Source: Octopus vulgaris
Taxonomy: Eukaryota
DNA length: 64,000 bases
Assembly: GCA_951406725.2 (NCBI GenBank)
Contig: OX597817.1
Span: 19,840,001 to 19,904,000 of the forward strand
Reading direction: 5' to 3'
Shown here: positions 27,801 through 40,701 of the stretch, one piece after another
How the letters are laid out: each line of letters begins with the position of its first letter
Numbering within the stretch: the first letter of the stretch is position 1
Translations under genes and position numbers: made by a program
The notes under the pieces: generated by a model
The model's database searches: none
What the model was told of the DNA's origin: nothing
What the model saw: only the letters and a program-made list of their open reading frames with translations

Positions 27801-30450
27801 ATAATATTTAAACACAATTTAAAAAAACCAACTTTGAAAGATAACAACATATTCAAAAAAATATTTCATGGTTTAGCATTGAATTAACCACACTCAATTT
27901 GCTGAAAATAATTTTAAGCTTACATCAAATCGCTCTCTATTCCCTTAATATAAATCTAAATATCGCCAAAAAATTTGGATAGAACAACTAGGGAAGAAAA
28001 AACACATTTTAGACTATTCACTCTGTACAATAATTACAAGATTTTGAAACGATTATCGAATATATTTAATGATAATTTTTGAAATTTGGTATTGTTTAAC
28101 CTTGACTAATTTCCTGTTGAGTTGAATGCATTCTCTGACCGAATTTAGATGTAGCTATATAAATTTACTGATTTAATGACTCAAGAGAAAACGTAAATAT
28201 CATTAAATCCATTGATCCCATACAAAATATTTTACATTACATAGTTATGTAATCAATTTTGTTGCTTGCACGTAATTTTCGTGAAAATTAAATCCATAAA
28301 GATAAAAATATATTAAATTCGTCATGTTTATGCCTTTAAATTATTTCCAAATTTTCCATTTGCATTTAAACATATTCTTAATCATCACTTTTCTCATCAA
28401 TAAGCATGAAAAATAATTCTGAATTTAACATCTGCCATAAAGGACTACTTATATTAAATTACGTTAAATATCCTAAACATATATTTCATATATATATGGA
28501 AAATTGCAATAAAAATATTTGGAAGATCAGTAGATTGCTTACTTAGGATTATGAAAACGAAAACGTTATTTACAAAAGCTATTTGGAGTTGCAGATGTTT
28601 ATATTGATTGAACATTAGACTCACTTGGCGACGATTTGTTTCATGCCACGATCATGGATTGTAATTTGAATTAGGGCATATATAATGATCGGGTCGGCCT
28701 ACACTTTTAACGTAGTGAATATGCATAAAATGAAAAGGCTACAGTAGCTCTGAAAATTACTTGTATAGCCCGTAGTAAAATAATGTATCAGGAAATATTT
28801 AAATAATCGGTGATTCTAAATGATGTTCATTTTACATACCAGGTTATTTAAAAGTCAGATTTTGAAATAACTATGTCCATAGCAGTGGTTTTCCTTTGTT
28901 GTAAAGCTACGTAATTGCATAAGTACCATTAATATTTACGTCGTACATTAGGAAATTCGTTGAAGTATAATGTAATTATAATAGATTATGGCTCTCCTTG
29001 CTCCAAATTGTAGAAATTATGCAATTCCTACTTATGGACCGGAACACCCTGTCAAAATTATAGGCTTCATTTGTATTAATGTATGCGGTAAGCAGTGGCA
29101 TTAATTCAGAAACACATTGCCGATACTTGAGTTTAAAAATTCCTATAACAACATAAAAAATCAGAATTTAAAATTATAATTAATAATAATTGAATATAGT
29201 TTTACTTTATTTCACATGAATAAACATCGCTTTCATTTTAGATTAATATTTTAAAAGTATAGGATAGGAATTAAACTATTCATTATGGGGAGAGGCTGCG
29301 TCTTTTAATTAACATAGTATATTCATAAAAGTAAACATGCCTATGCCTTCGAAGACAGCAATATAAATAAATGACTTGGGACGACGAAAGACCGTAACGA
29401 TATTCAAGCATGAAGAGAAAATCACATTAAAATGGTGGCAACGAAAGTGATGTGCAGTACATTTATTCACACAATTTTAATAAAACTGTTCGAAATTGTT
29501 CTCTAAAAAGTGCAATATTTGCCATACATTTAAAAATTACTGGAACATATTCTCATTAGTTCTGCATTTATGACTCTAACAAAATGAATAACTCTGGTCT
29601 CTCCCCAAGCCAAGCAAACATCATTTTAAATTGCATAGGTTCGGGTACTAAAATAATTTGAATGTAAATATTTGAGTCGTCGCTATTATGCCCCTAAGAT
29701 AAAAGGTATAATGCTGTATATCAGTACCTAATATGACTTACAATGTTGAGGGGGATAAACTGCAGTGACAATGTGAACAATCCTGGTCGGTATGAGAATG
29801 AATAAACTTTAGCAAGTCTGATAGATTTTATTGTCGAACTCCATAATTAAAATCATTATTTCCACCAACATCAAGAAGGACAATTCATTATGCATATGTG
29901 TGTGTGTATTTGTGTGTATACATACACGCATATTTATACATGTATATACATACATACATACATACATATATATATATATGTATTTAGATAAGTATATGTA
30001 TATATATGGTAGATATTATATGCGTCTGTGATTGGGAAATTATTGTGAGTTGTGTAGGTACGAATACGTTTATGAATACAGACATATATACTTATATATG
30101 TGCATACATAGATAAATATATGTGTGTGTATGTACATATATTTGACATATATACATATGAAAAATATATGTGTGTGTCTCCCTGTGTGTATATGAAAAGA
30201 ATCGTGTATAGTGGTGCTTTATTGTTATTGAGGATTATAAAATGTATTGAAAAGCTGTTTATTGATTGGGAGTGAAGTTATGATAAAGTAGAAACGATTG
30301 AAAACATATTTTATTGAAATTCCGTGTTCCAATAAGAAAACATTGATGTATACACACAAATATATGCGCACACGACTATAAATACACACACTCCCCTGCA
30401 TTAATAACTATGAAAGCCAGTGTCCATGCATATGAATATGCATTTATATA

Positions 30451-30484
<34 letters not shown>

Positions 30485-30583
30485 AGTAAATATATATATA
30501 TTTATATATATGCATATATAAATATATATGTATACATATATATATATGCATATATGCATATATACATACATACATATATACAT

Positions 30584-30632
<49 letters not shown>

Positions 30633-31261
30633 TACTCAAATGGAGTGGATGGAGGGTGATTAATATACCTATACATAGTTACTTATATTTGTGCAATGAT
30701 GATGTAGACCGATAGAGAGGCAAATGTGTTTTAAACATTGACAGAAAAATAGAAAATAATGATAAATGAAGCAAAAATCAAAATTGGAAAAATCTCGGAA
30801 AACATTTTTCAAAATGTTTACGCTACTACATATGTCATTCACTAACAGTTCCTGATTGCATATATGCCCAGCATATGTGTATTCGACTTTATGAGTTTTA
30901 GTGATAGACAGCATGAAGGTGGCATATCTTAATACAATTCATCTTAATGTTTGGTACGGCGTGCTTTAAAATATATCAATAATCTATAAAAACACACCGA
31001 CTTTGTGCTATTGTAAACTCGGAGAATCAAGTATAGAAATTTAGGTAAAATTTAGATAAAATATGGTTTATTTGTATATGAATTATGTATAATATAAGTG
31101 TGGGTCATATAATTTATGTCAGTTAAAATATTGCGAATGTGTACCGCTGTTGCTAATTTATATGAAGTGCAACAGCAAAATTGCCATGCGGGATACTCAA
31201 CTGCTACTCTTATGTTTAGAGCCTCACATAAGTTCTTTTTTTTTTATAGTCCAGTCTACTA

Positions 31262-31672
31262 TCTCTTTTACTTGTTTCAGTCATTTGACTGCGGCCATGC
31301 TGGAGCACCGCCTTTTAGTCGAGCAAATCGACCCCGGGACTTATTCTTTGTAAGCCCAGTACTTATTATATCGCTGTCTTTTGCGAACCGCTAAGTGACG
31401 GGGACGTAAGCACACCAGCATCGGTTGTCAAGCAATGCTAGGGGGACAAACACAGACACACAAACACATACACATACTCATATATATATATATATACATA
31501 CATATATACGACAGGCTTCTTTCAGTTTCCGTCTGCCAAATCCACTCACAAGGCATTGGTCGACCCGGGGCTATAACAGAAGACACTTGCCCAAGATGCC
31601 ACGCAGTGGGACTGCACCCGGAACCATGTGGTTGGTTAGCAAGCTACTTACCACACAGCCACTCCTGCGCCT
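31262..31672 (-). mobile_element. SINE family A (tRNA-derived head, internal TA/CA microsatellite), full length
   Basis: Minus-strand head ggcgcaggagtggctgtgtggtaag...ggttccgggtgcagtccc (A/B-box like) and tail gcagtcaaatgactgaaacaagtaaaag. Highly similar to three other copies in the window. Confidence 0.9.
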
Positions 31673-32551
31673 ATCTCCGTAGTTTTTAATTAATTACTGA
31701 ATAGTGTTACCAGTTTGCTGGGCAAATGTAAGAAGCATACTGTTATGTCGCAATACTACACAGTGGCTGTGTGAGCTAAGAAATCCTCGTTACCACTGTT
31801 ATGTCACACGTTCGGATGACCGCTACTAAACTCCTACTGCTACCCTGGTCTAGTCAATCTGTCTACGTCTAGACTTCTCCCTCTATATCTACGTACTGGG
31901 CTAGACTACTTCATCATCTGGGAACGTCGACACAACACAGACGGATATACACAAGTTTATATTAAAGTTGCTCCTCGCGTTCTACCATTATGGTTGTTTT
32001 GTAGCTCTGTATTTGTCAGTGAACGTACATTTTCGTCAGTTATCGCCCAACATGTAAGAGTACTAAAGCACGGAAAGTACCATTGACAATTACCTACTGG
32101 ACAATATCCCTATGATTCTACTTCTTTTTATGTGTATCCTACTGTCTTTTCTATTCATAGTAATTTAAAGCTTGTAAAGTAATCACTTAACTATTATGGT
32201 CAATTATCAGTCAGAGTCTGCTTTGCAGGTACAAGCTTCTAGTAACGATATTACACAGGAGAGTCGGAGCTGTACTTTACCACAATTGTGAGTTCCAGCT
32301 AATTAAATCACGACAAGTGCATCGGTGGTATTGCTTTACGGAAGGCTTTGTAAATTTCGAATTCCAGTTACAGTAACACTAATATGAATTAAGACATGTC
32401 AGATGGTGACACAGATTATATACATACAACTTTTCTGATCACACGATCACATGCGTGTATGTGCATATTTACGCGCGCATCTCTTCCTTTCTTTCTTGGT
32501 TTTTTCTTTCCTTCTCTCTCTCTATTTATATACATACATATACATAAATAC

Positions 32552-32596
<45 letters not shown>

Positions 32597-32597
<1 letters not shown>

Positions 32598-32982
32598 TCT
32601 TTTACTCTCTCTTTTACTTGTTTCAGTCATTTGACTGCGGCCATGCTGGAGCCAGACCTTTAGTCGAGCAAATCGACCCCAGGACTTATTCTTTGTAAGC
32701 CCAGTACTTATTCTATCGGTCTCTTTTGCCGAACCGCTAAGTGACGGGGACGTAAACACACCAGCATCGGTGGTCAAGCAATGCTAGGGGGACAAACACA
32801 CACATACTTACACACATATATATATACATATATACGACAGGCTTCTTTCAGTTTCCGTCTACCAAATCCACTCACAAGGCATTGGTCGGCCCGGGGCTAT
32901 AGCAGAAGACACTTGCCCAAAATGCCACGCAGTAGGACTGAACCCGGAACCATGTGGTTGGTAAGCAAGCTACTTACCACAC
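32597..32982 (-). mobile_element. SINE family A
   Basis: Near-identical to 31262-31672; the head is slightly truncated. Confidence 0.9.
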
Positions 32983-33050
32983 AAATGCATACATACATAC
33001 ACACACATACACACACACACACTCACACATACACACACACACACTCACAC

Positions 33051-33093
<43 letters not shown>

Positions 33094-33197
33094 CCGGAGT
33101 AAACACATAAATGTGAAACAAGGTGGAAAAAAGAGTACTCAAATACCAGTGGTAGAGTAATATGCTTTATTTTAAGCAGCAGAAAATTCAACAAAAT

Positions 33198-33235
33198 CTG
33201 TTACTCTGAGTTTCTCGTTGCCGTTCATCAGACAG
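33198..33235 (-). ncRNA. minimal type I hammerhead ribozyme
   Basis: CTGT-CTGATGA-ACGgcaaCGA-GAAA-CTCaGAG-TA-ACAG. Confidence 0.75.
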
Positions 33236-33240
33236 TTTTT

Positions 33241-33276
33241 TGTCTGATGAACGGCAACGAGAAACTCAGAGTAACA
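33241..33276 (+). ncRNA. minimal type I hammerhead ribozyme
   Basis: TGT-CTGATGA-ACGgcaaCGA-GAAA-CTCaGAG-TA-ACA; predicted cleavage after GTA at 33273. Confidence 0.75.
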
Positions 33277-33309
33277 GATTTTGTTGAATTTTCTGCTGCT
33301 TAAAATAAA

Positions 33310-33378
<69 letters not shown>

Positions 33379-33559
33379 CATACGTACATACATATATATT
33401 TAATCACTTGAGAAGACACGTCGAGATTTTTCCAGTATTGATTTTTGGTTCATTTATCACTATTTTCTACTTTTCTGTCAATGTTTAAAACACAAGTAAA
33501 GCAAGATCGTGGTCATTTGTAAATACAAGCTCGCCTTTCGTTCAATCGAGAGGTCCACG

Positions 33560-33790
33560 ATCTGCGGGCTAGCAGGTGCTATTGTCACGCGAAAAGACCC
33601 CGTACCGGTGGTAATAGGCATGATGCAGCCGTATCGTATGAATCACGTGTGTTGATGTCACGTATAAAACAACCGTGCTGCTGCAACATAAAATAGATAG
33701 CTGTAGAAACCATACTAAAACAGACAATTGAAGGCTGGACAGCACTCCATGCTTGCATGGAAAACGGACGTCAAATGATGATGACGATGA
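33560..33790 (+). mobile_element. degraded SINE remnant with RTE-like tail
   Basis: Ends gcatggaaaacggacgtcaaatgatgatgacgatga, followed by (TA)n. Confidence 0.4.
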
Positions 33791-36123
33791 TATAACATAT
33801 ATATATATATATATATATATATGAATTGTAGTGATACCACCATGCCGTAACTAAATATGCTTAGTTACGACAATTTAGAATGCGACTCATTATCCGCTGA
33901 AGAATTCAATTATAACTCTCCCGATGAATTAGTAGATTGTGAAGAGAATATTAAACAAGTGACGTGAAAATGAAACCCCTCAAAATATAGACCATGAATT
34001 TCATGTGTGAACATAGTTTCAGTGAAAATGATGATTACACATTTATGGCTTAAGAGAAAGTAACAATTACAGATTTAAAATATACCGGCAATAATAATTG
34101 TACGATTTCAGCAGACATATATGACAATCGCTCCGAAATTGTATTACTAAAATTTATATACACCGAAGATTCAGAGATATTTTTAATCTCATTATGGGTT
34201 TCTTACAAATCAAAGGAGATTTATTATGATTACAAAAAGTTGTTGCTGATTATTTTCGCGGCTATAGGCTAGAAACGGCTTAAGGCGAAAGCAGGAAATG
34301 CCAGAAGCGATCATGCAGTATATAGTTCGAAAATGAATCACATATAGATTACTAAATATAACGAGGTCAATCTTGGATATAGTTATTACTACCAAATGTT
34401 AAACAGAAAGACAGCCAAAACACGGATTCATGCAACAAACTACACATATTTTAGTTAGCAATCACTGAATAATTTACAGAGACAAAATGTGGTGTTGGTG
34501 GATATAAGTTTTTCGGTGAGTATTCATTAGTTTCATCATTCCAGTTATCTCCTCCTGATTTAAAGCGTAAGTGACAAATCACTCTACGCACATATTTACG
34601 CTTATCGTAATTCTTAAGAAAACATCCACCCTTTGAATCACTGATACAGCCCAACCGATGGGCTTTTATTCAAATTCTTTCCACCCAGTTTCATTGAGGA
34701 AGTATAGTAGTACTAAGGTTATAGGGAGTGATATTTGCCGTAGCATTTGTAACGCATGATCCCTGAATTTCTGAAATATTCGAACATGATGTGCCTGCAG
34801 AGAATAAGCACACATATGTTATAAATTATTTATTGAAGACAATGATGAAATATGATGAAACAAATAAGAAAATTCTAGCACCAAATAATATTATTTTTTT
34901 TGCTTCGCACACCATAGAAGTGCATCTGTATTGATCTGTCCATGAATTACTACACCTGTGCAACATTCGTGGTTCACACATTAATTACTATGATCCTCTA
35001 TTTGCTGCGACATCATGTCTAGCACGAATGAATGACAAGATGAGCAAATCAAAATCGTGTTCTAATGTCATAGATATAGTGCAAGCCTATATGTGTGCGT
35101 GACGGTGCATGCATGTGTGTACGTGTGCCGGCTTGTGTGTGCTCGTGTGTGTGTATGTGTATATGTATGCATGTTTCAATTTTTGATTCTAGAGACTTTC
35201 GACATTCCACCAAGCGCTAATGGTTCAGTTTGGAGTGCAATGTTTTGGCAATGCCGTGCCGTTTCTTATATATATATATATATATATATATATTGCCACA
35301 TACCTAACTCTTCCTAGATGAAAGGGATGTGAAGCTAATTTTGTTATTTATTGGTCTCTAGTATCAGTAAATTTATTGGAGAATTCTATGTTCGATATCG
35401 CGTTATTATAGATAAATTCATGAGAATCAGTTGAAACAAGTATTGCTCGTTTGGAACCATAAAATCTGAGGGCATTTCCTGGCAAACACCCGTATATAAC
35501 AGACAAAACTGCATTGCAGGTTTTAGTTAAGTTGCTCTCTAGTCTCAGAGAATACCACAGTTGCAATATATGTTATAGCAATCTAAAAAATAATTAAAAT
35601 ACACAACGATGAATATGCACACATCTGAGAAATACTGATCCTACATACACAAAAAAACTTCAAGATATCTGAATGCTCAACCAACGCAATATACGGTGAT
35701 GGCATATGATACGTATATATGTGTATATACATATATGTATGTGTGCCTTAGGTCGTCCGTCTGCGTGTAATTTTTCACTTGTTTCAGTGATTTGATAGCA
35801 GCAATGCTGGTGCATAGCCTCTGGGGATTTAATCGAACAAATAGGCTCCAGTACTTAATTTTCAACTTGTTACTAAAAATATTGGTCAATTTTGATGATC
35901 TAGGTATGTAAAGAGAAACCAACATTGTTCGTGAAGTTGTGGTGGTGGTGAAACAAATAAGAGAAGATCAAAACACGGATACATTTACCCCCTCCACACA
36001 CACACTTGTGTGTGAGTGTCTGTATCTGAGTTTATATATGTCTATATGCATATATATATATATATATATATATATAGATCAATAAATGGTGGGGTTGTGT
36101 TGACCGCACGTGGAGAAATGATA

Positions 36124-36303
36124 AGTAAGGAAAAATTTTTTTAAAAATGCAGAATGCTCAAATGAAATAAAATTTTAATAAAATGAGAAAATGATAAAAT
36201 ATATAAATATATATATTTATTCAACCGGTTTTCGTCAATGTATGACTTGTCAAGAATATTTATGTTTTAAGAAGTTTTTTTGAAAATTAGAAAGGGGAAA
36301 AAA
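36124..36303 (-). repeat. left inverted pseudo-LTR
   Basis: Reverse complement of 40702-40881, essentially identical, with an extra ~47-bp extension at 36077-36123. Confidence 0.95.
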
Positions 36304-36343
36304 ATTCAGAATGATTCAGAATGATTCAGAATGATTCAGAATG
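36304..36343 (+). repeat. (ATTCAGAATG)x4 junction repeat ending in the ORF1 ATG
   Basis: Read directly from the sequence. Confidence 0.95.
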
Positions 36344-37833
36344 CCTCCGAAAAACAAGAGCACTCTTACAGAGACAGTCACCAATAAGACCATTCTAAAA
36401 GAACTCAAAGTACTCAATACACATCTACTTACATTCTCCAAAAAAATTGACGAACTTCTCCTTCAATCCCGGGACAATTCAGAAAACAACCATCATCAAC
36501 AACTTTCGGATAAATTTGATGTAAACCTAAACGAAATCAACACTACACTGAAAACTCTACTTTCGGATAAGATAGATGTAAACCTAAATGAAATCAACAC
36601 TACACTGAAAACTCTACTTACCAATTCAACGCCAAAGAGACCTCAGACACCACTCAACACACAGAAGGAACACATTTCAACCCCAGCACAACGCATTAAA
36701 AACCAGATCATCACTACTTGGACTAAGAAACTACACAACAGAAAACTTCTCTTCTGGAACATGCTCAAAAACCAAAACAAAGCTGATATTTACGACAAAT
36801 GGTTAAACTCCTCCCCTATCATACTACCCCGAAAATTCCAAATCAAACACATCCCAGACGAACCTGAAAAACAACGCTTCCTAAGAGAAAAACTAACATT
36901 GGAAAAAATGAAAACCGAAGTAGAACTTCTAAAACTCAGAGCACAAAACCACGAACAAAAATACACAAAAATAGACGATGAGATACTTCTAGAACTAACC
37001 TCACACACCAACGAACAGCCCCTCGAACTTGTTATTAAACTATGGAAAGATGAATGTGAAAAGGAAGAACGAACCTCCCTCAAACGCTGGGAAAACAACA
37101 AAGATTTCTTCCTCAACTATGAAACACAATTCATATTAAACCATAAATCCAAAAACCCATTCATAAAAGTACCCACAACACAGACTTCCACTGTACCCCA
37201 TAAACACCATTCCAAACCGCACCTCAAATACACATACTCTCCAAACCCCCTCCTAACAGGACACAACCTCCCCCAACCATATAAAAAACCCTTTCCCCCC
37301 CGAAACATCTCAAACAAGACCCACCACAAAACCTGGTTTTCCAATCACTCTAACACCCCTCCCCCACCGATTAGAACCTTCAAGAACCTCCCATACACTA
37401 GAAATTATCCCCCCTCAAGGCTCCCCTCCCTCACACTAATAACAAACAAGGCATCCTACCCACACCGATACATATAAGACCCACCCAACGAACCCCCTAT
37501 AGTCCACCCATCCAACAACCACATTCCTACCACATCTCCTACAGATCTCCAAACCCTCACATCCCACACGAACCCAATCACCACAACTACATACCCTCCT
37601 ACATCCCCCCATACAATCTACCAGACACACACCCACAAACCCATCGCATTTCTCACAAAACCTTACACCATCGCATCCCATACCAACACAAATACGACAA
37701 CTACCTACCCCCCTCCAACCTCCCCACCCAAAAACACTCCTACACATACAACCAGAACTTTAACAAAGAATACACCCCTTACCTCAACAACCATTTTTTA
37801 GACAGGGGGGAAAAATACAAACACCACCGCTAA
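36341..37833 (+). CDS. PLE ORF1: coiled-coil N-terminal half, Pro/His/Tyr-rich C-terminal half; one frameshift near 37410
   Basis: 378-aa ORF to 37477. The -1 frame is open 37402-37833 (NKQGILPTP...NHFLDRGEKYKHHR*). Contains a 57-bp in-frame duplication (LSDKxDVNLNEINTTLKTL x2). Confidence 0.7.
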
Positions 37834-40110
37834 CACAGACCCAAAATAAGAAAACAAAAATTATAAACCTCTCCAGCAAAACACTGACACCAACCCAAAT
37901 CAACATCCTAGCAAGAGGTTTGAAATTCACACCCACCCCAAGAACACCCAACCCCCGGAGGTCAAGGATGACGTTTCTGAATTCTGCAGAAAACTTCGCC
38001 TAACAGAAGCTTTGACAGATATCAACAATGGGGACGACTCATTGATCAGAAATAAAAGCAACTTCCTACCACCAAAAGGGAGAAATAAAACACTGGACGA
38101 TTTCTGTAAACACATCCAGAGTCTCCCCTTTACCCCAAGCAAAACCAAGGTAAAATCCAATTTCAGTAAGGAAGAATGGGAAAACCTACGTGACATACAA
38201 CTGGATAAAAACCTCACCATCAAAGAAGCGGACAAAGGGAGTGCTGTGGTCCTTATGGACACGGAATTTTATAAACACCTAGTGTTCTCCATGCTTAACA
38301 ATAACATTTTCTATGAGGTTATTAACAACTACAAACAGCAAAAAACAATCAGAAACCTCACCACACTCATACGCCAACACGGCCAGGGACTCACAGAAAA
38401 AGAAAGGGATTATATCACCATTTTCAAATGCAAGCCCAGCCTTTTTTATGGCCTTCCTAAAATCCATAAAAACAAATACATCACCGAAGCCTGCAAACTC
38501 TCCACTGACATCCACATCAACATCAAAGCACCGGAGGACCTAAAACTAAGGCCCATCATGGCGGGTACCTCCTGTGAAACACACCGCCTGAGTAACTTCC
38601 TAGACATCCTTTTGAAACCTTTCCTTACCCACATCAAAAGTTTCATTAGGGATGATCTGGACATGCTCAAACACCTCCCGAAAACAGTTAACGAGGGGGC
38701 ACTCCTGGTATCCTTTGATGTCATCAACCTCTACACCAACATTCCACATGAGTATGGTATAGAGGCAATTGACTTCTGGCTAGAAAAACACCCAGAGACA
38801 TTCCCTGACCGCATTAACAAGTCTTTTATTACAGAATCTCTTAAGTTCATTCTGACAAACAATTTTTTCTCTTCGACGACACACACTACCGTCAAAAATG
38901 TGGCATTGCGATGGGTACCAAGGCTGCACCAGTCCTTGCGAACCTCATAATGGGTTACTTCGAACTGTCACTCTATGAAATATCAAGCCAGCAATTTGGA
39001 CATGTTTTCCACACCTACCTAATGGAAAACTGGAAAAGGTATTTAGATGATTGTTTCATCATATGGAAAGAACCTTATGATAAACTCCTGGAATTCAAAA
39101 CCATACTAAACAACATACATCCCAACATCCAATTCACTATGGAATTTAGCAAACATCATCTCCCATTCCTTGATCTCCTAATTATAAAAACACCTAAAAA
39201 CCAAATCATAACAGACATCTACCACAAACCTACAGACTCACAACAATACCTCCTCTTTAGTTCATGCCACCCAAAACACACCAAGACAAATATCCCTTTC
39301 AATTTAGCTAAAAGGGTATGCACCATTGTCTCGGATCCAAAAACACGAGAAATACGCCTTCAAGACCTCAAAAAAACACTATTACAACGTCAATATCCCT
39401 CCACCCTTATAGAGTATGGAATAAAACGCGCCAAAGAACTAGACAACACTACACTGAAAACCACCCAACCTAACACCACACACAACCTCAAAATACTTCC
39501 ATACATTTCCACCCACAACCCCAAAAATATCGAAGCATACACCACAATCATACAAAACCTCAGTCTACTGTCAACAGACCCAAAAATGAAAAACATTATA
39601 AATACACACAAAATCCTCAAATGCAAAAGGCAACACAAATCTTTAAAAAAACTCTTGACAAATGCCAAACTTCACACACCACATCCACCCCCAACAGTAA
39701 AAAAATGTGCACGCTCAAACTGTGGTACCTGCCCCTTTCTACTTGAAGGCTCTGAATTTACCTTCAAACAAGGTACGAAGTTTAAAATCAAGACTAACTT
39801 CTCCTGTTCCTCCGAGAACCTTATCTACGTTCTCACATGCGCTGGTTGCCAACATAATTATGTGGGACAAACGAGTCTCCCGTTACGTAAACGAGTAACG
39901 GTGCATAAAGAACAAATAAATCTCCCGGAATACCGACAAATTCCACTGAGTGACCACTTAGACTCATGTGCCAAAGACTTAAACCCCAAATTCTATATAT
40001 TCCCCTTCTACCAATGTAAAGACGGGATCACCACACAGGAGAGAATTAACAAGGAGAATCTCTTTATTGAAAAATTCCAAACACAACTTAATATGCAAAC
40101 TCCTCGTTGA
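37794..40110 (+). CDS. PLE ORF2: reverse transcriptase + Cys linker + GIY-YIG endonuclease; single-base frameshifts near 37952 and 38865
   Basis: Motifs IINLSS...RGLKFTPTP, IKEADKGSAVV, FYGLPKIHK, LRPIMAG, FDVINLYTNI, GIAMGT, RYLDDCF, LPFLDL, YHKPTD, CARSNCGTC, NLIYVLTCAGCQHNYVGQT, H...H. Confidence 0.92.
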
Positions 40111-40701
40111 TCAAACTTCCTTCCTCTACCTCACTCTTCATGGATGGACTAACACAAATATATAAAGATACCATGCATTCACCACTTCAAGCTAAAACTT
40201 ATATTCTTTAAATATCATTTTCACTATTGTTGTTGTTACTACTATCATTTTTATTATAAATGATATGACAATTTGAAATGCAATTGTCTATGCAGTTTTA
40301 TATTATTAGAAAATAATATAAATAAAGTGTTAAAATCTGAAAGTTAAGTTAACAAGCAATTATATATAAAAAAGATAATGCAAATGAAGCTAAAATGATA
40401 GTTTTATAATTTGGGTTTTATTGAAGAACTCAAAAGAGTTTTCTCCCCTTACTCACAACACAGGAACTGAAGAACCAGGACCACAATTACTACTACTTCC
40501 TGTCCTGCAACATGCTGTATTCAACAACACAACACATCACATGCTCTTAATCCCTTTGGATCTTAACACCTCAAGGTAACTTTTTGGTAAACAACCATAA
40601 AACTCAAGATACACAACGAACTCACAATGTATCGGAGAACTTATTTTTTAATTTTTGTACATTTTTATCATTATTCTTTTACAAAAAACATTGCAATTTT
40701 C

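Larger units (their letters stand above)
33092..33310. mobile_element. PLE-type inverted pseudo-LTR-only insertion: perfect 70-bp-arm palindrome
   Basis: Arms 33165-33234 and 33241-33310 with a 6-nt spacer and a ~70-bp left extension that is shared with 40913-40976. (TA)n on both flanks. Confidence 0.85.

Noticed and set aside
31425-31689. Recurrent ORF ...[18 protein letters not shown]... (also at 32781, 48373, 57030)
   Set aside because: Antisense reading of SINE family A, not a gene family.
40111-40200. Possible SECIS hairpin after PLE ORF2 (atggatgg...aa...ccatgcat)
   Set aside because: It lacks the AUGA/GA quartet, and ORF2 of this copy has no UGA at conserved Cys positions.
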